From the NCBI GenBank assembly GCA_976226885.1, contig OZ320314.1, forward strand, positions 97,030,001 to 97,094,000: a stretch of DNA of 64,000 bases, in the 5' to 3' direction. This stretch comes from Iphione sp. A-MEVVRFRX5. Taxonomy: Eukaryota. Positions 1 through 12,300 of the stretch are shown here, in pieces (positions within the stretch are counted from its first letter, which is position 1; each line of letters starts with the position of its first letter). Below the pieces are notes generated by a model. That model did no database searches. It had not been told where the DNA came from and saw only the letters and a list, made by a program, of their open reading frames with translations. The position numbers and the translations under genes are program-made.

Positions 1-3000
1 CTGTCTGTGTCCAATTTGCTGCAGTGAAAAGCATTTACCTCCTTGGCGTTAATGTGGGAAAACTGCACTGTATCTTGATTGTATACCACTAAGGAGGCGC
101 AGCTAGCGGTGCTGTGCCCAAAATAACTTAGATTCCTTCGTTAAAAGGTAAGCATGTCTGTCTAATAGCGACTTGTCTGCTGTCGATATAGCCATGTGCT
201 TTCGTGTTATGTAACTCGTTAAAAATTATACTCATATTTTACATGCTGCTAATATATTTCGATACACGGATGTATTCCGCGTTTAACACGTCTACACACA
301 ATTTCTTACCTTGAGCCCTGCTGGTCATTCTCATTGCTTCATAACCATATGGTTGAAGTTTATACAACAGTTCTGTTTTACAATTCAGTTATGTCTGCAT
401 ACATTCAACATATAAAGGCATAGCTTCATGGCAGAATCTGTTCTTTGACATTGGATGTAGGAGGAGGAGGAGGAGCACTGAGTGGCGAGGAAGGAGGGGA
501 GTGTGGGTGATTTGTGTGTATCTTAATTACTCACAATGAACCATTAGTGTCGGCAGCTGGCGCTGAAGCCTATTAGTGCGCCCAGCCCATTTCTCCCAAG
601 TGAAGCACAAAATACATCCGTCTTTCACAATACTAATTTTATGTCATCAGAACCGGCGCGCGGATAAAACATCAACCTAAACCATTTCATTCGAGCAGCC
701 ACCAATTTGAATCAAATCAACAGCGACCAGAACGTTATGTTTAAAACCCAGTTGGGCGCCGACGCGCCGCTGCTCCAAGCGCTGCTACCCAAAGGGTTTA
801 TCTTATCCGCAAAAATAACGTTAGGAGCAAACATTTTGATCCCCCACTGAGAAGCAATGAGTACCTATGAGCAGGTGGTTTTTGTCTGCAGGGGAGGGGA
901 AGGAGTCGAACGACAGCCGTCTTTTTTTGTCACATTAGCAGTTTTCCAGAGTAGGGGAGAAATGTTGACGTGCCGAGCAGCAACATTGTGTATGTAATTA
1001 AGTTTCGCTAGATGACTGATTGCAATTAAAAACGGTAGGACATGTAATTGATCTTACGGCCATGCTGAGTGTAATTAATGGAGAGCTAGAGGAATGCGAT
1101 CCACACGAAGAAATAAGCACACTCTTCCCTCATGTATCTCTAAAGGAACTGTGAGACAGCCATCAAACCAGTAATGGATAGTCTAATAATCATAATTCTG
1201 CAGAATGCTATATACATACCGTGGGGACATATAGTAATTGCACGTATCATTATAGATTTTGTTTCATTTCTAATATAATGATGACACGGATTTGCCATAC
1301 ATACATTTGGAAGTAATTTTCTTCTAATGTTGAGGACACGATATTGGTCAGACTTGATAGGAGGACATTAGGGTTGCATTGATATGCTGTATTGAGAAGA
1401 TATTACAACTGTTTATGACTGGAAGAGCGAAAATAACCGACAAGTTAATTTTGGTTTTATTAGAGTCTAACATACATTAATGGGAACAAAATAAAAGAGA
1501 ACGCATAATGTTTCGCCCTGGAACGTGGACGTTATACATGTATCTATATCGATTGGGTGTATATCACCATTATTGCCTGTATGTTTTACTTGAGACGTAC
1601 ATTTTCATGGCCATGCTTGTATATGTCAGCCAGGTATTGCCCTTAGATTAGCCTTTTCACTTTGTAGTGACCTTCAGAGATGTTACTCTATCTTTCCGTA
1701 TTAAGAAAAAACCGCAACACCACGAATGAATCATACCCTTTGTATTGATTGGAAAATACAGGTCCCAATGGGGTTGGTTGATGACAAGAAGGGAGTCTCT
1801 TCAATTGAGGATCAGGGGGCAATCGGCTCACGACGGTACCCCGACGTCCCTAGATGGCGCTTTATACCGGAAGATGCTGACGGCTGAATTGAGAATGATT
1901 GCGCACGCGCGAGGAAAGGGCCAATTGGACCGCTAACCTCGCGTTTGGGATCACGTGAACAGCTGTCTTCTACTCAGTGGAGATCAGTCGGGAACAATGG
2001 AGGAGACTTTGATGGGGGTGTTCTTGAATGGGGTCGAAGGGTCTGGGGTGCAAAGAACGAAGGCTAGATAGAGGTGCTGGCGATGCTGGTGGTGGCAGAA
2101 AGAGGGATTTGATGGGTTTCTATTGGGGCACGGAGCGAAACAGCGAAGCCTGTCTGCTGAGGAGCAGGGTACCAGTGAGATAGGGCAAGCTCGTAGGGGT
2201 TGCTAGGAGAGCCCCTGGATTTGTCATCCGTTGGGGATTAGTGTGAGAGAGGTCCTTACTGAATAAAATGGAGTGCTGACACTCAACTGTGGAGGTTTTA
2301 CCCTTTTGTCTTGTTAATTTTAGAAGGTTTCAAAAGTGAGAAATGGCTACAAACACATGCAGTATGGATTAGAAACTCACTTTATTGTTTGTCCATTGTG
2401 TTCTTTGTTATTGACATGATAAATTGGTGACAGCAGGCGGGGGGGGGTTTATTGAATATCTTAGTATCATGGTCTCGTGCGAATTTTGTTTATAGCTATA
2501 TAGACAGTTGTGTATTTTAAACTCTCGGTGGAACATATAAATTTATAGAGAGCAAAATAAAAATATGCAATTATATTGCAAAACCATGCGTATCCTTATG
2601 TCACAGCAGACTGGGCATACTAAATAGATTGGACTATTTTTATTGTTCAAAAGGTTGGCTTGTTAGTTCCGTTTGATTATACATTCCATATACATTCACA
2701 TACATTAAATACATGTATTACCCTCCATTATATCCAAAACAAAACCGTTACTGAATGTTTAATTGTGTGAAGAGAGTGGCTTTGTTCCAGAAGACTTGTT
2801 TAAAAAATAAGTACTCTAAAACCAACTATAATTACTTAATTTTACAATAGTTGAAACTTATCATAAAACCGAGTGCGGATATTGTGTGACATTGAACCAT
2901 CAGTGTTTTGTAAACAAGTGATTAGGTTCACGTGGGAGCTTCAACGTGACGACGAACAACGGTAGTAAGAGGCGAACCTGGGATGACTCAGAGACGCATT

Positions 3001-3718
3001 GATAAAAGTCTCCCCTCAAGTGTGCCTTTCAACGCGCTTTTCCAACGAGAAGATATATCGCCGCTGATTAAACTGAGCGCTGTGCCTACCCCCGCAGCCG
3101 CCGACGGCGACCCCGCCGCTGCCGACGACGACCACGGGCCGTTTGCCGTTGAAGAGCGCTACCAGACAGCACCTTGCCTTAAAATTCCCCAGTAGCTACC
3201 CTGTAAGCCAAACAAAGACCATCTTGTAGGCGCTTTGTCACGCGGACGGCCAGGCTTGTTTGAAAGGCCCGGGAATAGGTAGGTGTTGGTGATGGGGTGG
3301 GCTGGGTGTTCGGGGGGGGAGGGCTCTGAGTGAGGAGGAGAGCCACTTTGTATGCGGCAAGTCCGAGCTGTGCGTAGTTGGCATTCATGGGGCGGAGGTG
3401 CGGGGGAAGGTCTCCTACATGTCAGCGGCTCTCCCGACGTCCGGGCGTGGACCGTCGAGTCGATGTAACAAATGACCAGTAGCAAACCGTCAGCCCTTCA
3501 CTTCTCCCCTCCCGACCAGCCCTTAGAAACTAGAGGGAAGTAAAGCAGAGAGCTTGGGCGCCAGGTTAAGGGGTTTATTTGAAGCAGGGTGTTGGGACAT
3601 AAAGATCAGCCTTAAACCTCTGGATCTTGCTGAAGGATGGTTAAGTGTGGGTCGGCTTGATCGCTATGTGTAGACCGAAGGCATTTTACTCGCTTATGAA
3701 GGGCGCAATACTGACGAA

Positions 3719-3721
<3 letters not shown>

Positions 3722-3755
<34 letters not shown>
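3722..3755. repeat. (TA)17 microsatellite
   Basis: Seen directly. Confidence 0.95.
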
Positions 3756-3758
<3 letters not shown>

Positions 3759-5787
3759 CACATAGTGTACACATCCCGATCGGATGTGGCCGATAAAGAG
3801 AGACCCAATTGGCTCTTTGACTGGCCTTTGATGCTATTGTCATACCAACGCCCTCCTCGCCGCCTGAGCCCATGTCAGCAATTCAAGTGCCGGGCGGGTT
3901 GTTTCATCACAAGCCTATCATAGTGAAAGCGTTTCCAGGGATAGCAGGCGAATACCTTGAGGTACACTCTTAACTAATCTCTTTCGTTGTTCCGGGAGGG
4001 CCCGCATAAGTACATAATCAAGGACAATTGTCGGAAACTACAGATCCATTACTGTATGGGGCTACCTCGCCATGCCTATAGGGCCAAGACACAGGGCCTG
4101 TGGATCAAAGAGAAGGCAAGAGGACTAATTACGTGGTCTAAGGACAAGGGAGGGGGTAGAGAGAAGGTTCAGGTGGGGGAGAGTATAGAGAGCGAACGCA
4201 CAGAAAAGGTGGCCTTTACGAGGGTCGAAAAAGGAGGAGTATATGGCCTCTTGGCGCCGCTAATGAGGACTCCCCGCCATGCCACTGCATTCTTACAGGC
4301 CGCCGTAAATGTTATGGAAATAACATTCAACGAGCACTTCTGCTGGGGTCTGAGGGCGGGTACCCATGGGCTGCGGGTGGACGTAGGCGCCGTGTGGGTG
4401 GCTCAGAAAAAACTCCATAGCCTCGTGTGCAGCAACGAGGCAGCCTATGTCAACCAGTGAGACGCCAGTCTGGATTATGCAAAACAAATAACACAGGACA
4501 TGAAAATGTAACTCCCATCTGGTATACATTCTCCTTCTTTGGTGATTATATTTCACGTGGTTTTATTATCGCCCGTAGTTCTGGTCTTCTACGCCAGTGG
4601 AAGAGAAAAAAAAACAATCGGATACTGCCTGGGATTTATCAGCTGATAATTATTTCTGACAAACCTGGTCATTTTGATGCAGCAGATTACAGCAGTATAA
4701 GTGATGAATCGAAAAACGTGTGGCAGAAATTCAAAGGCCATGATTTCCTTTCAACAGTCAACTACTTGGGAAAAGAAAAAAAATCATTGCGTTCCATATC
4801 TCAGAGTCTGTTTTCATCTTTGACCTCTGCGAAGAAGCCTATGCAAAGACATACAGACGGAAGAGGATAATTCAATCCAAATAACTTTCGTACCTCATTT
4901 TCGCGAGGGGAAATGCTTTCGCATTGGTTCCAGTAAGCTACAATGGTGGCGACCTAGCGACTAGGCAGTTCTGTAGATTTAGGGGACAGCAGAGAGAGGA
5001 AACGATACGCCTGCCTCTTGATGTACATGACAATACGCCTGCATAATCAGTCTGGGGCCTTTCCCAGGCTGTGTAGCATGTGCAGTAAATGGAGGGGGTG
5101 CGTGGGGGACTGGTAGGCGGCTTGCGGGATTGTGGGGGGGAGGGGGGGGGTCTCAGGTGACCTGAGAATATACATGCGCATGTACATTCCTTATATGATT
5201 TATGATAAAATATGGTCGCTGTCTAAATTGTACTGCTTCCTCAATGGACAATGTGGTCGATTGAATTAAATGCATTGTTAAGTTGAAATTATCCCCCGCG
5301 CAGCCATGCGTCTACAGTTGGTTGAATAATCGAGGGAAAATGTTAATAAAGATGTATAAAATAGTGAGAGAGAGAAAAAGACTTGTCAGTCTTAATTACA
5401 TAACGATGTTAATGATGAACAATTCACGACGCTTAATCCCCAAACGACAGTCAAAGAACAAAAGATGTCTACCGTGTCTGCTGAAGCGCCATTTTATATT
5501 GATTGCCGCTGAGACTTGGGGTCTCTTCATTTTAGATTCCTGTCTTGATTGGCTCTATCCACATTTGCTTCTCAGCGATTGACTGAATAATGTGCATCGC
5601 TAACACAAAATCAGTATGTTGGCATAATTGCATCTCGCTTCCATCAAATCCCCAATTATCCACCAGTTGAGTGTTTATGACGCTAAGACAAGATCTAAAC
5701 AACACTTTCCAGTGTCTCAGTAGAAGGTAAGATCACTCGATTGTCCATACAAAGCGAAATCGGCGTATACATTACTTGTCGGATACA

Positions 5788-5793
5788 ATTAGC
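5788..5793. repeat. Left 6-bp target-site duplication ATTAGC
   Basis: Identical to 29647-29652. 6-bp TSDs are typical of Polinton retroviral-like integrases. Confidence 0.95.
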
Positions 5794-5842
5794 AGTAGTG
5801 TATGAAGGTAACTGCCCTAGACCCCCTTTAGTGCAAAAAGGT
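5794..5842 (+). repeat. Left terminal inverted repeat (49 bp perfect)
   Basis: AGTAGTGTATGAAGGTAACTGCCCTAGACCCCCTTTAGTGCAAAAAGGT is the exact reverse complement of 29598-29646. Confidence 0.96.
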
Positions 5843-5949
5843 CATCTGAGTGCGATCCACTTGAAGTTCGATTTTCGAGAAGGTCAAGTCAGTACAGAGG
5901 TACTTGAGATCGTCATAAACCACTTGAGTTTCCTTGAACCACTTGAGAA

Positions 5950-6079
5950 AAGATAAGAGAGATTATTTCAAATTTCCCGCGCATGGATCCTCTACTTGAG
6001 ATAAGATATCATTTCAAATTTCCCGCGCTTATGAAAGATAAGTAGGTAGAGATAAGATATAATTTCAAATTTCCCGCGC
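5950..6079 (-). promoter_or_regulatory. Three copies of AGATAAGA-Nx-ATTTCAAATTTCCCGCGC (E2F site plus CHR-like TTTGAA, with GATA motif)
   Basis: Exact 18-mer at 5965-5982, 6011-6028 and 6062-6079. The reverse complement reads GCGCGGGAAA-TTTGAAAT. The repeat is seen directly; the function is inferred from consensus motifs. Confidence 0.55.
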
Positions 6080-7383
6080 CCTGAAGTTGGAGCGACTCTA
6101 GACACGATCAGTGTTAAGCATATGTATGAATGAAAGCGCTTCCCATCGATGTCCTTGAGCGCGGAAGCATTGACAATACCATTTGAAGGACATCATTAGG
6201 TCCTCCCATTATAATGACTCTCTTACAGCACTCGCCGACCGAACCACTGGAAAGATGGATCGATTCCCGAGTGTGAAGAGTCAGTGTAGTGGGTGCGACC
6301 ATTTTGTCCAATTTTATATGTGTTATAGGTGGAATTGAAGCAGTTTAAATAAGTCTTTCTTCATATCACCTTGACTGAGCAATGTTCTGTGTTCAAGAAT
6401 GACCTGTTAATGTTTCATTATCGATTTCGGGTCTGAAAAAACGTCTGTCCGGCTCCAATGTGCATGACATCAGTTGTTAACGTCTGACGTATCGTCCTGA
6501 CACTATAGAAACTCTCATTAAGCATAGGTTGGAGAAACGAGAGATACCCGGTTCGATTCCCCAAGTATGCGGACGAGTTTGTAATTAGTGTCGGTGACCA
6601 TTTTAATTTATGTTGATGCGAGTCAGTGCAAATAATTGTATCTGAATGCTAGTCACTATGAACTTTGTTGTGTGGAAAAGAGACGACTAGGTAAGTCTTT
6701 ATTTGATTTTTAGAGTTTGCAAAAATGCAAGTCGGGAGAGCTCATCCAGATGGCGTCTGATGACATTTTATAGCGTCTGACGCGCGTCCTTGGGTTTTAC
6801 ACTAGATGGCGTATGTGTGCGGTGGATGTAATGGATTCACAATACATATAAACCATATGGGATATGGTTATTATAGAAAAGATAAAGGCTCTAAGCCATC
6901 TTTAGATAAAGAAATTTCCCTTGCAACTGACGTCACATTATCCTATCGTTGACGATGGTGAGGCGATATGAAGAGTTCACACTATTGTATTTTGATATTA
7001 CTGATAAAGTCCTTGACTGACATGTCTGAACACGTTTACAAGTGATTACATTATCTGTACATACCGGTGGGATGGAGATATTACACTAGATATAGTCCTT
7101 GCTTCTTTTGTCCTGATCGTGTGGAATGATTTGAATTGGTTTGGATGAATGTAAGGATGCATTTCCTGAAACCCTTAGTGAAAGATACTTGAGACCAATG
7201 ATACCCAGAAGAATACTAAGCGAAGGTTGAGAATGTCCATACATAACACTTAATTTTTTTTTGGTTGTTATAATCTGTTTCGGGTTATCATATAACCCTA
7301 GCTCTATCTTTCTGGGAGCATTACATTTGTTATTGAACCTCAGTCCGGACTAGACGCAGAAGTTTCACCCCCTTTGTTAAAAC

Positions 7384-8470
7384 ATGATGGATATAGCTGG
7401 CAAATACATAATTCGTTCTTATGATCCACATCTGCATGGGAATCGGCATTTTCCTGAACTATATATTCACGAAAAGAACGAAGTACATCGTCCAGTAGTA
7501 TTATACATGAGTGACTATTACTGGAATTGGGAAAAGAACGAAGTACATATGAAGGACATACTCGGACCCGCCCCAATGGGACGTCAAGTGGTGAAACGGG
7601 GTGATTCTCTCTGTGCTTTATGTGTGATGGATCTTTCTGATCATGCAATGGTGATTACTGACGAGATATATGAACTGAAACGTCGTCCATTGGAGGTGTA
7701 TCGTCTGTTCAAGTCCAGCATGCTTGCTTTGAGGAGCATCCTGTTTGACGGCAAACTCAGTTTACTAACTCAAGCGGGTAATGCAGTCGTAGGAAGCATA
7801 TGGCACAGTCTATCCAAACCCACCATCGAGTTTATGATCGAAAACGAAGACGGTGTGCTCGAAGATACCGATGAACATGCCATATATGAACAAATGGGTG
7901 ATTTCGTAGCAGTTATCCAAGAAACTAATAGGAATGGTGATGCGAATCTGATGGAAGGAGATGTTAGAGATGCCGATGATGATGATGATGATGATGAATT
8001 CAATGATCATTCTGTATTTTCCCCTTCTCATCTGGTTCGTTTGGTGGAAGATTCCAACCTGAAGAAAAGGACCCACGAAAAGATCCAACGGCTCCCTCTC
8101 CCTTCGACATTGAAGGATTTTCTAAGTGAAAACATTCTAAAAAACAACCAAGGTCAGGTGAAGAACTTCGGTCAGGAAGGACAATCCCAAAACTACTGCG
8201 ACTGGTATGGGATGACAGAGGCACAAGTGGATCGAGTTATTGACAAATTGGAGAGAGAGAATGAGAAGAAAAATGACAAGGTAAGAAGTTAAATGAATAT
8301 AAAAAAAAATGCAACGACTAGAACAGAAATTAGTGTATTATATTAATTTCTTTGTTGTTGAATTATGATAATCTTCAGTGACAAATTTGAAAGCAATAAT
8401 GAAATTATTTTTTTTTATATTTCTTTTTTGACAGACAAAGGATGATAGCGCTGCCTGCCACTGTAACTAA
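7384..8470 (+). CDS. Accessory protein with acidic tract and C-terminal SOCS/cullin-box-like motif; probable short spliced last exon (7384-8280 + 8435-8470)
   Basis: 302-aa ORF containing KIQRLPLPSTLKDFL, which resembles the SOCS-box LPLPxxLKxYL motif. Donor AAG|GTAAGA at 8281 and acceptor TTCTTTTTTGACAG ending 8434 would replace VRS* with TKDDSAACHCN*. Confidence 0.7.
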
Positions 8471-8777
8471 ACATATTGAGACGTCTCAGAGATTATCCTC
8501 GTCCTCGACTGTATTCGCCCTTGAAGCGACCTGGGATATATTTTTTAGGTTGTGTTTGGAAGATAGTAAATGAACCATTAATTCCTTTAATGAATTTTTT
8601 GTTTATTTTAAATATGTAACTCTTATTCATGAATCTGATCACAATCATCGAATAAACATTTAGCATTTCAATTTGACCTTTTTTCTTTTCAATTATTGCA
8701 CCACATCACGGACATGTGATCACATTATGTGACAGTGATGTCAGCATTATTATTAACATATTCATGATACAGGCTAG

Positions 8778-8786
8778 GTATATAAA
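8778..8786 (+). promoter_or_regulatory. TATA box (GTATATAAA) upstream of the spliced pPolB gene
   Basis: Lies about 40 nt upstream of the ACCATGG Kozak-context ATG at 8823. The related GTATATAAG precedes the minus-strand genes at 21438-21446 and 27139-27147. Confidence 0.55.
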
Positions 8787-8822
8787 GGTGTACTATCAAT
8801 AGCTAACTTAATGTTCTCCACC

Positions 8823-9354
8823 ATGGCTCAAGCTGCAGTTGACCTATTGAGGAGACTTGTAGCCTCTTTCTCATCCGAGGAGGAACTCATCTCATGGGCT
8901 GCAGCGAAGGGATTGATGAATAATCCCATCGTATTGGAGAGACAAAATGAATTAAGAAGCAATCATTTGAACAGTAGTGAGGTAAGTCCCCAAAAAACGT
9001 TCTACTGTACTAATGGATAATTTAACAATTGATTACTATACTGTATATACATTTATATAATTCACAAATCATTGCAGGTGGATCTATTGAATAATTTATT
9101 GCTACCAACATCCATGCCTTCACAAACCCAGCAATCTCATTCCTCGGATAATGTCTTCACACCAAGCAAACAGGATGTTAGTTTTCATTCGAAGACTGAT
9201 CAAGACGTAAGTAAAGTTTTTTTTTTTTCTTTGGTATGGTTTAGTAGAACTGAGTTTTCTAATCTTTGGATTTGTGCATCACATCATGTACATGTATTCC
9301 TTGTATAGACTTCTCAAGATGATCGTACGGCTGATGAAATCACCCAACATTCAT

Positions 9355-9386
<32 letters not shown>

Positions 9387-12300
9387 GCAGCACCACCACC
9401 AGCAAGAACAACCACAACTTCTCCTCCAGCATCAGTTGCAGTGTCGTCCGATGTAGCATCTGTCCGATATGAGTCTATTCCGGGGCCAAGTCGCCGACCA
9501 GTGAGTTGAATGAGCTGTTCGACTGAAATAATGATAGAAAATGTATCAATTTCCATACGCGTGAGAGTGTGTGCATGTATGTGCGTGTGTGTGTGTTTGG
9601 ATGCAGTCAGTTATCCTATTTTGTTCTGTCTCTCTCTCTCTCTATGTGAAAAATAAACAGCCGGAAGAAGGATTGGTGAGAGTACTTCCAAGAGAAGAAA
9701 TGCAGAGTCTATATTCCCTGTCATCATCTCCCTCATCTGACGAGATAGAAGAAGTAAGTAAAAAACCTGTGTATTTGTGTTTCCTTACCTGTTTACTGCG
9801 AGCCAGCATACTGCAATCTGTTTTTTGTCATATACTCGTCGTATGAAGTTCCTATAAGAAAACAAAGTACCATGAAGATAACTTACTTCGATTTTTTTTA
9901 AATACAGGTTGTAAAACAAAGGCAATGTGAGAAGTGCTTGAAGAAATTTAAGCGTCAAGGCAATGCCAGGCGACACAAAGAAAGCTGTCAGCAATACAAG
10001 TGCTCTAAGTGTACCCGGTCTTTTAAGAAAGCTTCACTTATGCGAAGGCATCTTCTAAGTCACTCACACAGATTAGAATGGCGATGTAGAAAATGTGGCG
10101 ATTCGTTCGCGAATAAGCGTGAGTTGTATCTACATCGAGGAATCCAACACGGGGGCGGAGGGAATGGAACCACACTCCATGAAGAGGGTATACCCCTCCA
10201 GGTCGAACCGTGGAAGGATGGTGAGCGAGGAAAGAAGGACAAAAGTAAAAAAAGAAAAAGGGACAAGACCCCAAGCGAGAACAATCAGCATCCACCCTGG
10301 TGCAACAGGGAAGGGGAGACCATAGAGCCAGAACTGGAAAGGGTATATAGAGCCAATCAGCGCCACATCCTGGCCCACCATACAGATAGAGAAATCACCA
10401 CCGATTACAATTTCCCCACCAACGATCTGTCACGTGGTCCCCAGGAACTTCACCAATTCTTGGAGACCATTTTCGAAAGAGAAGACCATACCTTCAAGGT
10501 GAATATGTCGTTCGGTATGATATTGCGTAATGTTCAGACGGGTGAATATCGTTATTTCATCCCCTATAGTAACAGTATGGTATTTAACGAACCCATAGTG
10601 GTTTCCCGGGCAAGTGACCTGTCTGAGGTAATGGACACCATAAGGGCAGTGGACCCGGAGAATTACTTCACCCGGAACCGACCAGACACTAAGTGGCAGG
10701 TAGCCATGATAACCAATGTCGTATTTTTCATTACGCGCACCACGTATCTGATGGGTCGAGGTTTCCTTCCCGAGTTTGTGCGAAATAAACGATGTATCAC
10801 TTCCTTAGATGATCATAACGATGCTCTTTGCGCCTTTAGGTGTCTCGCAGTACACCATCAAGAAAACGACGTAGAAGGAGCCGTGAAAGAGTACTATTTG
10901 TCATGGCGTCAGTTCCAATCAAGTCTAGGAAACCGCACACTACCTCCCGACCCCAGTAAATCTAGGGGTGTGGACCTGCGCGACTTGACTCTCTTTGAGG
11001 AATGTTTCCAAGTCGGCATCTATGTATACGAATTGAAGATGAATGGAAGCATATCCGTCATTAGGAAACCTTTCTCTCGTTTTCCTGACATTATGCACCT
11101 TAACCTTCATGCAGGTCACCTCTCTTATGTCAATGACTTCGAGACATACGCCAAGAAGTTTCAGTGCCGTCTCTGTCGACGATGTTTCGGCAAGAGACAT
11201 CACTTTGCGAGGCACTCCAAAGTATGTCCCCTGAGAACACGTTATGTGTACCGAGGGGGATACTACAACAGTCCTTCCACCATATTCGATGATCTGGAAG
11301 GACTGGGAATAGTCGTTTCCCCTGAGGAACGGACTTATGAAGATTTCGCCGTATTTGACTGCGAGGCTATTCTCAGAAGACTCGATGGAGAAAGAGACAC
11401 CCCTAGTGTGACGTGGATTCATCGACACAAGACCATCTCAGTCTCCGTGTGCAGCAACGTACCTGGTTTCACAAATCCTCAGTGTTTCCTACACGAAGAC
11501 ATGAAAACGCTAGTTAATCAGATGATCGAATACCTGGAATCTATTCAGGAAGAAGCTCTAGAGAGAGCAAAACGAAAATGGGGCGACGTGGTCAGTCAAC
11601 TGGAGGAACTACTGCAGGAGACAAACGACAAAATAACGAGACAGTTGGGAGATGCACCCGTTCAAGATCATGTCGTCGAAGACGACGAACTGGTCGATTT
11701 CGTCTTGCATCGTGAGGACGAAGAGAATGTCGACGATGATGCGGATGCTGCCGGCAACGATGATGCTGCCAATGCTGCTGGTGGTGCTAACGATGATGAT
11801 GATGCCGATGATGAAGATGACAGAGGTGGTCACCGCCAGGAGGGGGATCGGACCCACCCTGCCCTGAAGTATAAGAAGACGGTAGAAAAAATACAAGGTA
11901 GGTTCTATGCCTACATGAGTTCGCTACCCATCTTGGGTTTCAATTCTGCCCGCTACGACCTGAACTTACTGAAGGGGGAACTCTTGAGAGCCCTCCAGGT
12001 GGACGAACCAGGTTCATTTGTGATCAAGCGAGAGAACACGTACATCTCCATTTCCACTGTACGCTTCAAGTTCCTGGACATATGTCAGTATCTGTCGCCT
12101 GGTGTGTCCTATGCTCGCTTTCTTAAGGCGTACGGTGCTTCTCAAGAAAAGAGTTTCTTCTGCTACGAGTACCTTGACTGCCCCGAGAAGTTGAAGGAGA
12201 CAGAGCTTCCTCCACACGAGGCATTCTACTCTTGCTTGAAAGGAAGTAACATTTCCATCGCTGATTACGAAAGCCTCCAAGAAGTATGGAGGAAAGAGAA

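Noticed and set aside
1-5787. Track ORFs in the left host flank
   Set aside because: Short and low-complexity or motif-free; no support for coding.
5950-6079. Regularly spaced repeats as a CRISPR-like array
   Set aside because: Only three 18-nt units, non-palindromic, with related spacers, in a eukaryotic context with no cas genes.
6748-6811. AGATGGCGTCTGATG shared with 28386-28400, plus a nearby CTCF/YY1-like ACACTAGATGGCG
   Set aside because: A 15-mer match within 24 kb is near chance (roughly 0.3 expected), it is in direct rather than inverted orientation, and similar words occur in host flanks.
9274-9456. Poly-His/poly-Gln ORF in the track
   Set aside because: Wrong frame. The splice-consistent frame reads the same repeat as Ser/Ala/Pro in pPolB exon 3.
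12172-12190. LxCxE (LDCPE) Rb-binding motif in pPolB, tempting given the E2F sites
   Set aside because: It falls inside the conserved YEYLD...KL.ET.LP polymerase segment, so it is probably structural and coincidental.
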